The translations under genes were made by a program, and so were the position numbers. DNA of 64,000 bases. Source: a virus. Lineage: Duplodnaviria > Caudoviricetes. Position 1 is the first letter of the stretch; every line of letters starts with the position of its first letter. This document shows, piece after piece, positions 51,570 to 61,300 of the stretch. The notes under the pieces were generated by a model, which saw only the letters and a program-made list of their open reading frames with translations, had not been told where the DNA came from and made no database searches. The DNA lies in the IMG/VR virus record IMGVR_UViG_3300037420_000828, positions 4,400-68,399 of that record. One strand, written 5' to 3'.

Positions 51570-51851
51570 TCAGTGCATCCCCAGGGCCGCGAACGCATCG
51601 AAGTCGGAGTCGGTGTCGGCCTGCTGGATCTGCTTCTTGACCTCGGCGGCATCGGGTTTGTACAGCTCGTAATAGAACCGCTGGAGGGCGTCACCGCCCT
51701 CGTTCACCTTCGCTTCGACCGCCAGCTGCTCCACCACGTCCAGCACGGCGTGCATCGAGGTCAGCGCTGATAGCGGCGAAGGAAGACCGGCGAGGGCGAG
51801 CTTCGCACGGACGATGCGCCAGCTGTGGATGGTGGCGCGGGCGAGGCCCAC
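51570..51851 (-). CDS. Tail assembly chaperone-like, C-terminal (-1 frame) part
   Basis: No SD; overlaps the upstream ORF by 91 nt; frame is open through the slippery site at 51860-51866. Confidence 0.55.
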   Translation of the reverse strand: MGLARATIHSWRIVRAKLALAGLPSPLSALTSMHAVLDVVEQLAVEAKVNEGGDALQRFYYELYKPDAAEVKKQIQQADTDSDFDAFAALGMH

Positions 51852-52264
51852 AACTGCCGGAAAGGGCGGGCCGTCCCCACCGTCACCGCTTGGCGGTACA
51901 GCTCCATGTAGTGGACGTTGGTGAAGGTGTCGTCGGGGTTGAGCAGTCGGCGCAGGATCAGCGCGAAGTCCTCGGGGTGCATGTGATCGCGGAGGAAGGC
52001 GTTGATGGCCAGGATCTGCTGGCCGCCGCTGGCGTCGGCAATCTCGGCCACGCGCTGGAGAGCGACCGGGCCGGGCACCTTGACCCGCCAGAAGTGCTCG
52101 CCGTCGTGCACGGTGGTGTAGCCGGTTGGGTCCAGCATCGCCAGATCGCCCGCGAAGTCCGCCAGCGCTGGCGGCGGCTGATAGGGCGACTGGAAGTTGG
52201 AGCCGGTGCCCTCCGCGCTCACGCCCGGCCGGGAGACGGTGCGCCGTACGCTGGTGTTCGCCAT
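51761..52264 (-). CDS. Tail assembly chaperone-like, N-terminal (0 frame) part
   Basis: Leaderless-type start; ends ...TVGTARPF followed by a low-quality tail. Confidence 0.55.
   Translation of the reverse strand: MANTSVRRTVSRPGVSAEGTGSNFQSPYQPPPALADFAGDLAMLDPTGYTTVHDGEHFWRVKVPGPVALQRVAEIADASGGQQILAINAFLRDHMHPEDFALILRRLLNPDDTFTNVHYMELYRQAVTVGTARPFRQLWASPAPPSTAGASSVRSSPSPVFLRRYQR
51860..51866 (-). other. Candidate -1 ribosomal frameshift heptamer C CCT TTC
   Basis: X XXY YYZ in the correct phase, followed by a 9-bp stem CAGTTGTGG/CCACAGCTG (one G-U pair). Confidence 0.6.
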
Positions 52265-52281
52265 AACGCCCAGGGTACGTG

Positions 52282-52899
52282 CTAGATGATCGGGATGGCG
52301 TAGAGGTCGAGCCGAGTCGGACCGGTCATCACAGCCAGCTCCGCCTCGCCGCTGCCGGAGACGAGATAGGTCAGTGTCTCCCAGAAGTCTGCGTCCCAGC
52401 GCAACCGGATGCGCGTCTTCAAGGACTGACCTGGGGCGAGGGTTACGAACGGCCCTACGAGCAACGAGTGCTCCGCCTGGCGGACCTCGGTGGTGCCCCA
52501 GCGGGCATAGGTGGTGGAGCCGCTGGTGTAGGTGCTGCCGTCCAGCCCGGAGCCCATGCGCCCGAGCAGCGTGCTCGCGGTCGGGTCCGCCGGGGAAACG
52601 CCGGACGCCTGCCCGTAGTACATGGCGATGTAGGCCCGAGTCCGGGTGCCGGTCTTCACCGACGCACCGCCCCGGGTGACCAGCGCGTAGGTCAGCATCG
52701 ACATCGGCCCGGGGTTGGTCCAGGCGACCTGGAAGTTGACCAGGTCCTCGGCCTGGTTCCCGCCGTTGGTGTTGTAGGACTTCTGGACCGATCCGGCGGA
52801 GTTCGTGGCGACGTGCCGCCACTGCGCGTACGGCTGCGGGCTCAGCGCGCCGTCCCCGTCCACCACGAAGTGGTCCGGGTCTACGCAGGGGTAGCTCAT
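52282..52899 (-). CDS. Minor tail protein
   Basis: PCVDPDHF N-terminus; WTNP motif shared with its two neighbours. Confidence 0.75.
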   Translation of the reverse strand: MSYPCVDPDHFVVDGDGALSPQPYAQWRHVATNSAGSVQKSYNTNGGNQAEDLVNFQVAWTNPGPMSMLTYALVTRGGASVKTGTRTRAYIAMYYGQASGVSPADPTASTLLGRMGSGLDGSTYTSGSTTYARWGTTEVRQAEHSLLVGPFVTLAPGQSLKTRIRLRWDADFWETLTYLVSGSGEAELAVMTGPTRLDLYAIPII

Positions 52900-53489
52900 A
52901 CGACACTCCCGGTGGTCCAGGGGCTGACCCACAGGCGCAGCCGGGCGTAGCGGGCATTGGCGAGGAACAGCGGCTGCACCGCTGCCCGCCAGTTGCCCGG
53001 GGTGGAGAACAGGCAGCGGTACCGGAAGTGGACGCTCTCGCCCGGGTCCACCGCGCCCAGGCTGAGGTAGCTGGTGCCGTCGGGGAAGTCGCGGAAGTAC
53101 CGCAGGTAGCCGACGGGGATGGTGGTGGGCGAGGACTGGACCCGCTCGCCGGAGCCGTTGTTCGCGCCGAAGGGCGTGGGAGCGTTCGGGCTGACGGCGA
53201 TGTCCCAGCTGTAGGCGTCATCGAGGACGAGCATGTTCGGGGTGCTGGTGACGATCGAGCGCGGAGCCCGGTTGACCGAGGCCATCGCGTAGACCGGATC
53301 GTCGTAGCTGTTGGTCCACAGCATCTCGGCGTCGATGAACGTCACCTGGTCCGGAGACCGGTCGACCGTGCCGTCCTTGCCGGAGGTGACCATCGACTCA
53401 GCCACGAGAGTCGGAATCCACGCACTGCTGAATCCCGTCCCGGACGATTCCGAGACCATGAATTCGGCTGTACACACCCGCAGGCTCAT
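52896..53489 (-). CDS. Minor tail protein
   Basis: RVCTAEFM N-terminus; WTNS...NRAPR, paralog-like to its neighbours. Confidence 0.75.
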   Translation of the reverse strand: MSLRVCTAEFMVSESSGTGFSSAWIPTLVAESMVTSGKDGTVDRSPDQVTFIDAEMLWTNSYDDPVYAMASVNRAPRSIVTSTPNMLVLDDAYSWDIAVSPNAPTPFGANNGSGERVQSSPTTIPVGYLRYFRDFPDGTSYLSLGAVDPGESVHFRYRCLFSTPGNWRAAVQPLFLANARYARLRLWVSPWTTGSVV

Positions 53490-54106
53490 GGCAGCACCGC
53501 CGTATCTTGTGTCGGGAACGCCATCATCACAATGCGCGTGTTGTAGATATTCACGGAATGGGTCGGGGCATTGTTGTTGGCGTTGTTGCTCCACGGCGGC
53601 GGAGTCCACATGTACGCCCGGTACCAGATTTTCAGGGTCTCCCCCGCCGGGACCGTGATCCAATCCTCCAGCATCGTGCCGTCTTCGTATTCGTAGAACA
53701 CGGCAGCGTAGGGCGTCGCCCCGGAATCCGCGCCCACATCGCCGGAACTGCCGGATTGTCCGTGATAGGTGGAGGACGTGTCCGGGGTGCGCGGCGTATC
53801 GCCGTTGAGGGTGTAGGTGTACCGGTCTCGGATCTGGATCGCGTTGGGGTTCGACGTCCACCAGTCCCGCCGGGCACGTTGAATCCGCAGCAGCACATTC
53901 GCGTCCAGCGGGCTGGTGTTCACCCAGCTCTGGACGCCGGAGTCGATCATCAGCCGTCCCGGCAGCGTGGTGGCTGGCGTGGTGAACGTGCCGTCGCCGG
54001 TGCTGTTGTAGGTGGCGTCCAGCACCAGCCGGGGCACCGACCACGCCTCCAGGCCGAGGACTCCGGCGGTGATGCTCAGATTCCGGGATACACAGACCTC
54101 CGCCAT
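53486..54106 (-). CDS. Minor tail protein
   Basis: VCVSRNL N-terminus; WVNTS...QRARR. Confidence 0.75.
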   Translation of the reverse strand: MAEVCVSRNLSITAGVLGLEAWSVPRLVLDATYNSTGDGTFTTPATTLPGRLMIDSGVQSWVNTSPLDANVLLRIQRARRDWWTSNPNAIQIRDRYTYTLNGDTPRTPDTSSTYHGQSGSSGDVGADSGATPYAAVFYEYEDGTMLEDWITVPAGETLKIWYRAYMWTPPPWSNNANNNAPTHSVNIYNTRIVMMAFPTQDTAVLP

Positions 54107-54109
54107 CGC

Positions 54110-54775
54110 TTACCCCTCCCTCTGGGAAATCAGGCGAATCGACAGCGAGGTGTGGACCGAGGGGTCCGCGCCGGAGGACCCGAAATGGAATGTCCCGCTG
54201 GCTCCGAAATACGCCGCGCAGGAAATGATGTCACCGGCATTCAGGCTGAAAGTGTCCACGATGTACATGGCGGAATAGCCATCGTTGGTGCCGTATTCCT
54301 GCGCCCCGACGACCTCTCCGTTGATCATCAGAATTGCCTTCTGGATGCTGGACGCGGAGTCTCGGAATGCCAGGTGGTAAATGATTTCGTAGATGCCGTT
54401 GGCCGCGATATTGATATCGGTGCCCGGCGCGGAGAAACCCCAGTCGCTGGTCTGGTTGACCACGGTGTCCCAGATGACCAGGACCGCCGATCCGGCGGAC
54501 GCAGCCTGATCGCCCTGCCGCTCCACCTTGATGTACGGTCCACCGGCACTGGATATCTCGTCGGGGTTCGCCGAGGCGGCGGGCTTCACCGCGATGACCA
54601 CCGAACCGCCGTCGACATGGCTGCCGATCAGGTTGCCGGAGTCGGCGTCGGTGGACAGCACCCACTCTCCGATGCGCATGGAGGTGGGGTTCTCGGCCGC
54701 GCCGAGCCGCTTCTCAGTGTTACGCGCCCACTCCTGGTCGGTCTTGGGAGGCTTGACCTTCACCATGCCGCTCAT
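54110..54775 (-). CDS. Minor tail protein with C1q/TNF-like C-terminal domain
   Basis: PPKTDQEWAR...RIGEWVLS N-terminus; IWDTV...GIYEI...LNAGD.I. Confidence 0.75.
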   Translation of the reverse strand: MSGMVKVKPPKTDQEWARNTEKRLGAAENPTSMRIGEWVLSTDADSGNLIGSHVDGGSVVIAVKPAASANPDEISSAGGPYIKVERQGDQAASAGSAVLVIWDTVVNQTSDWGFSAPGTDINIAANGIYEIIYHLAFRDSASSIQKAILMINGEVVGAQEYGTNDGYSAMYIVDTFSLNAGDIISCAAYFGASGTFHFGSSGADPSVHTSLSIRLISQREG

Positions 54776-56466
54776 GCGTTGCTACCTCCTCCCACCAACC
54801 GTGCGATATCGTCCTGCGCTTCCAAGGCTACGAGACCCACCTGTACGTCGATGCCGCTGCTGGAGCCGGTCACGGTCACCTGGTCGAGCCGCATGAGCTG
54901 AGAGATCGTGCCGGAGTGGACGGTGAAGACCTTGCCCGGCACCAGATCGTCCAGGCTCACCGGAGCCTGATGATGCAGCGACGCCGAGCCCGGGACCACG
55001 AGCTGGTCGCGGATACGGCCGGAGTCCTGGGCGTATTCGAGGGCGGCGCGCTGGATATTGCCGACGCCCCGCATGTCGTCCATCGCCACCAGAGTCTGGA
55101 GGTTGAGTCCGGCCAGCTCCGCCACGGCGTTCTGCGCCCAGTTCTGACCCTGGACCCGGACGTCGTTGAAGGTGGCCGTACCGTCTCGCCGCCGCTCCAG
55201 CTCCACCATGAAGTCGCACTCCTCCAGCGTCACCACCGGTGAGCGGGAGAACTGGCCGAAGACCGGCCGTCCGGCCACCACGGTCCAGGTCAAGCCGACC
55301 TTGACCAAGTCGTCCATGAGCTGGTGCAGCATCCGCTGCTCGGCCTTCGCGGAGATGGTGAACGACTTCTGCACCGTCTCGGAGAGGACGGTGGGAGTGA
55401 CCTTGATCTTGTGCAGCTGGAGCATGGCCACCCACAGATCGAGCGCGATATCTTCGGTATGCGTATCCACCCATGTCCGGGTGACAGGTACCCTCGTCCG
55501 CCACATGAACGTGGCGGTGTCGCGAGCGGAGACCGTGGTAACGCTGGAGTTGATCTTCACACCCTGGATCGGCCCGGTCCACACCGAGGTCTCGTCGTGC
55601 CAGATGGTGACCCAGTGAATCCACGGCCGCAGGTCCTCCACCAGCTCCGGATCGGCCTGGGTGGCGGTCTCGAAGCTGCACACCGAGACTTCGTTCGCCT
55701 CTCGGCCCCAGCTGAAGCTGCTGATCGACCGGCACGGGAAGTCGCCGATGTGCCGCCCGTCGACCGTGTGGACGCTCGCCGAGACCTCGGTGACATCGAA
55801 CACCGACGGCAGCGGGGTGGGCTTGGGGACCAGGAGGATGTTGCCGGAGATCCCCCAGTTGACCGGCCGGGCTCCGGCCAGATCCAGGAACGCGCCCTTG
55901 TAGATGCCGCCGGTGATGCCCCAGTTGTTCGTCCGGGTGCCGCTGATGTTGCCGGTGATCGACAGCGTGCCCAGCCGCCCCCAGCTCTCGGTCGCCGTGC
56001 CGCCGATGACCTCCTGCGCGCCCAGCGTGCCGGAGATCCCCCACACCCGAGTCCGGCTCGCGTTGACCTGCTGGGTGGAGGTGAGCTGGTTGTACTCCAG
56101 GAACGTCGTGTTGCCGGAGCCCACGGTCTGCCAGCCGGAGCCTACGTTGGCCTGGGCCTGGAGTTCGAGGGTGTCCCCGGCGCTGACGCTGATAGAGGCG
56201 GAGGTGCGGATGGTGTTCGCGACAACGGGGCCGTCGACCACCGTGGTGCCGTTCTTCACCACCCGCATGTTCTGGCCGCTGCCGAACGTCGAAGTGAACG
56301 CGACGTTGTAGCGCAGCGTGCCGGTGCCGTTGGCGTCGATGACCAGCCGGTCGCTGGTGATGACGGTCGACCCGTAGCCCGACCGCGCCACCATGCCGGT
56401 CAGCTGCGAGTACGACGTGCTGTTGGGCAGGGTCTGGGTGGCAGCCCCTGTCCTGTCCATGCCCAT
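54772..56466 (-). CDS. Minor tail (baseplate hub-like) protein with extra N-terminal domain
   Basis: C-terminal 330 aa with FSWGRE.NEVS.C...LRPWIHW; N-terminal beta-rich domain and WG repeats. Confidence 0.75.
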   Translation of the reverse strand: MGMDRTGAATQTLPNSTSYSQLTGMVARSGYGSTVITSDRLVIDANGTGTLRYNVAFTSTFGSGQNMRVVKNGTTVVDGPVVANTIRTSASISVSAGDTLELQAQANVGSGWQTVGSGNTTFLEYNQLTSTQQVNASRTRVWGISGTLGAQEVIGGTATESWGRLGTLSITGNISGTRTNNWGITGGIYKGAFLDLAGARPVNWGISGNILLVPKPTPLPSVFDVTEVSASVHTVDGRHIGDFPCRSISSFSWGREANEVSVCSFETATQADPELVEDLRPWIHWVTIWHDETSVWTGPIQGVKINSSVTTVSARDTATFMWRTRVPVTRTWVDTHTEDIALDLWVAMLQLHKIKVTPTVLSETVQKSFTISAKAEQRMLHQLMDDLVKVGLTWTVVAGRPVFGQFSRSPVVTLEECDFMVELERRRDGTATFNDVRVQGQNWAQNAVAELAGLNLQTLVAMDDMRGVGNIQRAALEYAQDSGRIRDQLVVPGSASLHHQAPVSLDDLVPGKVFTVHSGTISQLMRLDQVTVTGSSSGIDVQVGLVALEAQDDIARLVGGGSNA

Positions 56467-56507
56467 TGAGGACACGGGCTACCTCCCTTCGGAGTCTCGG
56501 AGGGTGG

Positions 56508-56894
56508 CTAGGCGGCCAGCGGGGTGTTGTTCACCACGAAGGTCTGGATGACCAGGGTGTCGCCGTTGACCACGTTGCGCGCCACGGTCCACTGCCCGGA
56601 GAACAGGAAGTTGCCGCCGGAGGCCGCATCCCACACCGAGAAGTAGCCGATGGACTCCGTCGCGGTCATGGCGTAGTTGCCGCTCATGGTGTTCAGGGTG
56701 ATCGACCCACCGGAGGCGGCATTCATCGTCGCCTGGCGGCGGGTGGTCACGACCGAGGGGTTGGCGGTGCCCGCCGCGCCCGGGTCGCCGATGTGCATCT
56801 GGACGAACAGACCGGCGATGGTCGCCGGAGCCACCCCGCGCAGCCAGTTCAGATTGGGGTTGGCGATGTTCGCCGTGCTCAGGCCGACAGCCAT
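56508..56894 (-). CDS. Minor tail / fibre-associated protein
   Basis: MHIGDPGAAGTAN...VWDAASGGNFLFSG...V.NGDTL. Confidence 0.7.
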   Translation of the reverse strand: MAVGLSTANIANPNLNWLRGVAPATIAGLFVQMHIGDPGAAGTANPSVVTTRRQATMNAASGGSITLNTMSGNYAMTATESIGYFSVWDAASGGNFLFSGQWTVARNVVNGDTLVIQTFVVNNTPLAA

Positions 56895-56895
56895 G

Positions 56896-57057
56896 TCACA
56901 GACCTTCCTGTGCGGCCTCGAAGCGGGCCACGTCGTCTCCGGTTACCTCGGCCGGGGACTTCCCGGCCCACTCCGCCACGGCCAGCCGCAGCGGGCCGTG
57001 CTCCACGGCCACGTCACCGGTGGCCTCGAACCCCATGCTGATATCGGGTGTGCTCAT
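56896..57057 (-). CDS. Small hypothetical protein
   Basis: MSTPDISMGFEATGD...; ATGA coupling; absent from the ORF track. Confidence 0.5.
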   Translation of the reverse strand: MSTPDISMGFEATGDVAVEHGPLRLAVAEWAGKSPAEVTGDDVARFEAAQEGL

Positions 57058-58307
57058 GCGTCCCTATCCCTCATCTCGACCAATGTGGTGAACTGCGCGC
57101 CAGGGGCGGCCTCGGCGACCAGCTCCCAGCACATCACGGTATCCATCGTGATCGGCTTCCACGGCGCGCCCGTCGGCGTGCCGACGATCCCTACCTGCCG
57201 GTGCGACACGCCGCTCACCTCCACGTACGGGCGGCCGGTCACCGAGTCCGCGACGGCCGTGTAGCCGGGGTCCAGCCCGCCTATCTGGAGTGGGTTGGCC
57301 CGGTCGCACATCTCCGTGGACCCGCACGGCCGCCAGTAGAAGTTCACGTTGAGGGGATCGGTGCCGTCGTTGGTGACCCGGACCGTCACCACCATGTCGT
57401 CGCAGGCCGAGAGCATGGTGGGCATCTGCCACACGCGCCGCTCGATCGAGCAGATGGGCAGGCAGCCGCCGCAGACCGGGACCACCGCCGGAGAGATGTT
57501 GACGTTGGGCGGGATGCACTCGGCGTTGTAGATGGTCGGCAGGTCACAGCTGATGGTGTCCTGGCAGTCCGGCGCGTGCGCCCAGGTGATCGACTCGGTG
57601 ACCGTGGAGTCCCAGTTGACCGGGGTGACCATGGGGTCGCCGTAGGCGAACGGCTGAGTCGCCACCATCTCCCACTCCACGCGGCAGATGGACGCCTGCC
57701 GGTGCCGGTCTCCGCCGCCCTTACCGAGCATGTCCGCGACCGTCGCCGACTTGGTCAGCACCAGCCCGTACATCGACCGCTTCAAGGTCTCCGGATCGGC
57801 GGCGGTGTCCTCGGGGTGGGCCTTCCAGTAGCTCAGGTCCACGCCCGCGCGGGCATTGGAGGTCGCGAGGACGCAGTTGAGCCAGTCCTTGCCGTATTCC
57901 ATCCCGGCGTTCGTGCAGGCGACGATCAGCGCGGAGAACTGAAGGCTGCGGGTGGTAGGCCGGGCGCGGCCCGCGACACCTCCGGCGCAGATCGACTCCG
58001 CGATTTCGCGCTGATAGGGCGTGCCGTCCATGCCCTCGATCGACATCAGCCATATCCCGGCGAACTCCGCGCTCTCCGGCCGGGCAGCGTTGTACCAGGG
58101 GGCGTCGGTGATGGTGTAGGGGCCGTGCCCGAGGGCGGCCTGGAGCCCGGTCCAGCTGTCGTCGTACGGAATCCGGATGTGGCAGGCGCAGTTCATCATC
58201 GACGCCACCGCGCCGTCCTTGGTGGGCACGGTGGGCTGCATGTGGCTGATCAGCCGGGAGGTGTTGAACAGCTCCTGCCCGGCCAGCGCCGCGTATCCCC
58301 GGAACAT
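57054..58307 (-). CDS. Minor tail protein (distal tail-like)
   Basis: MFRGYAALAGQELFNTSR; PWY..ARPES.EF.G; directly after the tape measure. Confidence 0.8.
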   Translation of the reverse strand: MFRGYAALAGQELFNTSRLISHMQPTVPTKDGAVASMMNCACHIRIPYDDSWTGLQAALGHGPYTITDAPWYNAARPESAEFAGIWLMSIEGMDGTPYQREIAESICAGGVAGRARPTTRSLQFSALIVACTNAGMEYGKDWLNCVLATSNARAGVDLSYWKAHPEDTAADPETLKRSMYGLVLTKSATVADMLGKGGGDRHRQASICRVEWEMVATQPFAYGDPMVTPVNWDSTVTESITWAHAPDCQDTISCDLPTIYNAECIPPNVNISPAVVPVCGGCLPICSIERRVWQMPTMLSACDDMVVTVRVTNDGTDPLNVNFYWRPCGSTEMCDRANPLQIGGLDPGYTAVADSVTGRPYVEVSGVSHRQVGIVGTPTGAPWKPITMDTVMCWELVAEAAPGAQFTTLVEMRDRDA

Positions 58308-58318
58308 GTGTCTCCCTC

Positions 58319-61300
58319 CTACGTATTGAGCAGCGTCAGCAGCCGGTCGGCCGACTTCTCCGCCGCCCCGGTGCCATTGATGGTCATCGAGCCGACGTTC
58401 ACCGAGCGGTTGCCGCCCTTGCCGTCCAGGATTCCGACCAGGGTCTCGAAGGCCGTCGTCTGCCTGGGGGACAACACACGTTCCGGGGCAATTGTATTCT
58501 TCGGCATGTAGCCCAGGCCGGGCGCGATGCCGCCCTCATCGAAGCTGTCGATGGCCGCGCCAGCGCCGACGGCCAGCACGCCGGTAAACACCGCCGCCAG
58601 GCCCGAGAGCGCAGCGCCGATCGCAGCGCCGATCGCCGCGCCGATCGCGGTACCGATGATCGGAATGGCCGAACCGATCGCCGCGCCGATCGCCGTAGTC
58701 GCCAGCGTGATCATCGCGCCGAGGATGGCGGTGATGATCGGGATGAGCACGTTCACGATCAGGTACTTGATGACGGCCTTGATCAGGGCCTTCTGGATGC
58801 GTTCCTGCTCCGACTGCGCCAGCTCCATGCTCGTCGCCGTGCGCTGCACCAAAGCGGCAGTGTCACTGATCAACTGGCCGTTCTCATCGAACCCGTTGAA
58901 CGAACCCTCCCGGAACTTCTGGATCTCGTCGTAGGTGTTCTCCAGGAGGTCGCGGACCTCGATCTCCACGCCGGTCAGCTGGACGATCAGGTCCACCAGG
59001 TACCCGCCGGAGATGTCCTTGCCCAGCAGGCCCTTGGATTCGCCAGCCTTGGAGCGGGTCTGCTTGAGCGCGGCCGAGACCACCTCGTCGCGGACCTTGT
59101 TGAAGGCAGCGGTGGCCGCGCTGGACACGCTCTCCACGGCCTTCGCCACCTCGGAGGCAGCGTCGAACGCCGAGCCCGGCGCGCCGAATGCCGGAGGTGC
59201 CGGAGTCCCAGTGGGAGTGGGGCTGTCGGCGAGGTTGTTGACGGCGCGCGTGGTGCCGTTGACCGCGTTGACGACGTCCTTGCCCAGGCCGTCGATCAGG
59301 CCGTTGATGAAGTCGGTCCCGGCGTTCACCGCCGCCGACAACAGCGGGCCGAGCACGTCGTTGCTGAGCTTGCTGGCGATGTCCAGCAGCTGCTTCATCT
59401 GCGCGTCAGCCGCCGCCTGCTGGGCGAGGTCGGAGGAAGTCTGCGTGCGCTGGGTCTCGGCCGCCGTGTTGGAGATCAGTTCGACGGTGTCCTTCTGGCC
59501 CTGGTCGATCTGGGCCACGATCTCCATGAACTTCGTGTCCACGGCCGTCTGGTCGATCTTGTGGGCGTCGATGCCGCTGGACAGCCGCAGCGCGTCCACG
59601 CTCGCCTTGGACAGGTCCACGGTCACCGTCTGCGCGGCCTGGGCGGCGGCGGAGAGTCCACCGGACGCGATCTTGGACAGCGCCTGGACAAGGGCCTCGA
59701 ACAGCTTCGTCTGCTCCGGGCTCAGGATGCGCTCGGGCTCGATCGTGTTCTTCGCCAGGAACCCGGTGCCGTTGGCGAGGCCACCGGTGTCGAACGGGGT
59801 CAGCCGGTGGAACAGACTCTTGCCCGCGTCCAGCGCTGAGCCACCCAGATCGTGCGCTCGCTGCCAAACACCACCCACCAGAGAGCCGAGGCCAGTCACA
59901 GCCTTTCCGGCCGTCTCGGCGAAGAAGTGCGTGGTACCGTCCAGCGCCGCGATCGGCAGACCCCGGATGGCCGGAGGCGGCTGCCAGCCCGCGCCCTTGA
60001 GAGTGTCGCGGACCGGGTCGGTGGCCGCCTTGATCGCGGACTCGATGACCTTGGTGATGAAGCTGGACTGGTCGGCGACCGAGGGGCCGACAGACCCTCC
60101 GCCGCCGGGGCTGGGCTGGAAGAACCCGTTGGCCCCGATCGGCAGGCCATAGATGCTGGCGAAGCTGGCCGGGTTGGTGCCCCGGCCGTAGTGCACGTCG
60201 CCGATATCGCCGCCGGACTCGACCCGGGCGGCGGGGATGTTGAGTTCGGGGATGCCCCGCAGCTCACCGGCGGTGTGGCCGCCGCCCGGCCCGCCGGGGT
60301 CGTCGGTGATGCCGACGACCATGCCCACGCCGTCGAACAGGTTCTTGACCAGGCCCTGCGCGCCCACCTGCGGGTACCCGGAGAAGGTGGAGGTGGACCA
60401 GTACCGCCGCCAGGGATCGTCTCCGAGGATGGCGGCGATGACCGAGCCCATGAAGCCGGAGCAGTCGAAGCTGTCGCCGACGAAGCGCGGCCCGGCCCAC
60501 TGGTACGCCTTGCCGTTCTGGGCGCGGGCGAAGTCGTGGCCAGCCTTGAGCTGGTTCATCCACGGCATGATCACGCCACCGGTGGCGTGCTTCGGGATGC
60601 CGGTGAGCTGGTCGAACAGGCCCTCCGGCGGCACGTTGCCGACGCCCTTGGCCTTCACCGCCGCGCCGTAACGCTGGAGGTTGTCGCGGCCGAGATCGGA
60701 GATGAGCTTGCCGTTGTCCCAGGTGAAGGGGATACCGCGCGCGATCATGTCGCGGATGGCGTAGATGACGTTCTGGCCACCGGCGGCCATGACCTCCGCC
60801 GACGTGATCACGTGCTCGTTGTTGGATCCCCAGAAGAGGATGTCGTCCTTGGTCCCGTTGCCGGAGCCTCCGGAGCCGAAGTAGGTCAGCGGACCACCGG
60901 TCGCGCGGGTCGGGATCAGCGGCAGCTGCACGGCGTCGGGGAGGATGCCGCCGAGCAGGTTGTCGATCGAGCTCCACGCCTTGAGCAGGCCGTTGTTCCA
61001 GACCGTGCCGATGACGAAGTTGACCGGCCCGGCCGCCTTGTCCCGGAGGCCGTCCCAGATATTGCCGATCGCCTCGACGGCGGTGGAGAACCAGCCGCGC
61101 ACTGTGTCGACGGCGTGGCCCAGCGCCGGGAAGACGGTGTTCTGGAGCCAGTCGATGGTGCCGTGGACCGCGTCGCCGAAGTCCTGGAACCGCTCCTTCA
61201 TGTCCGCGATGGCGGGCTGGACGATCGGGATCAGGACGTTGTTGACGAGCCAGGTGAAGATGTTGATCACGTCGGTCAGGACCGGGATCAGCAGTTTCAG

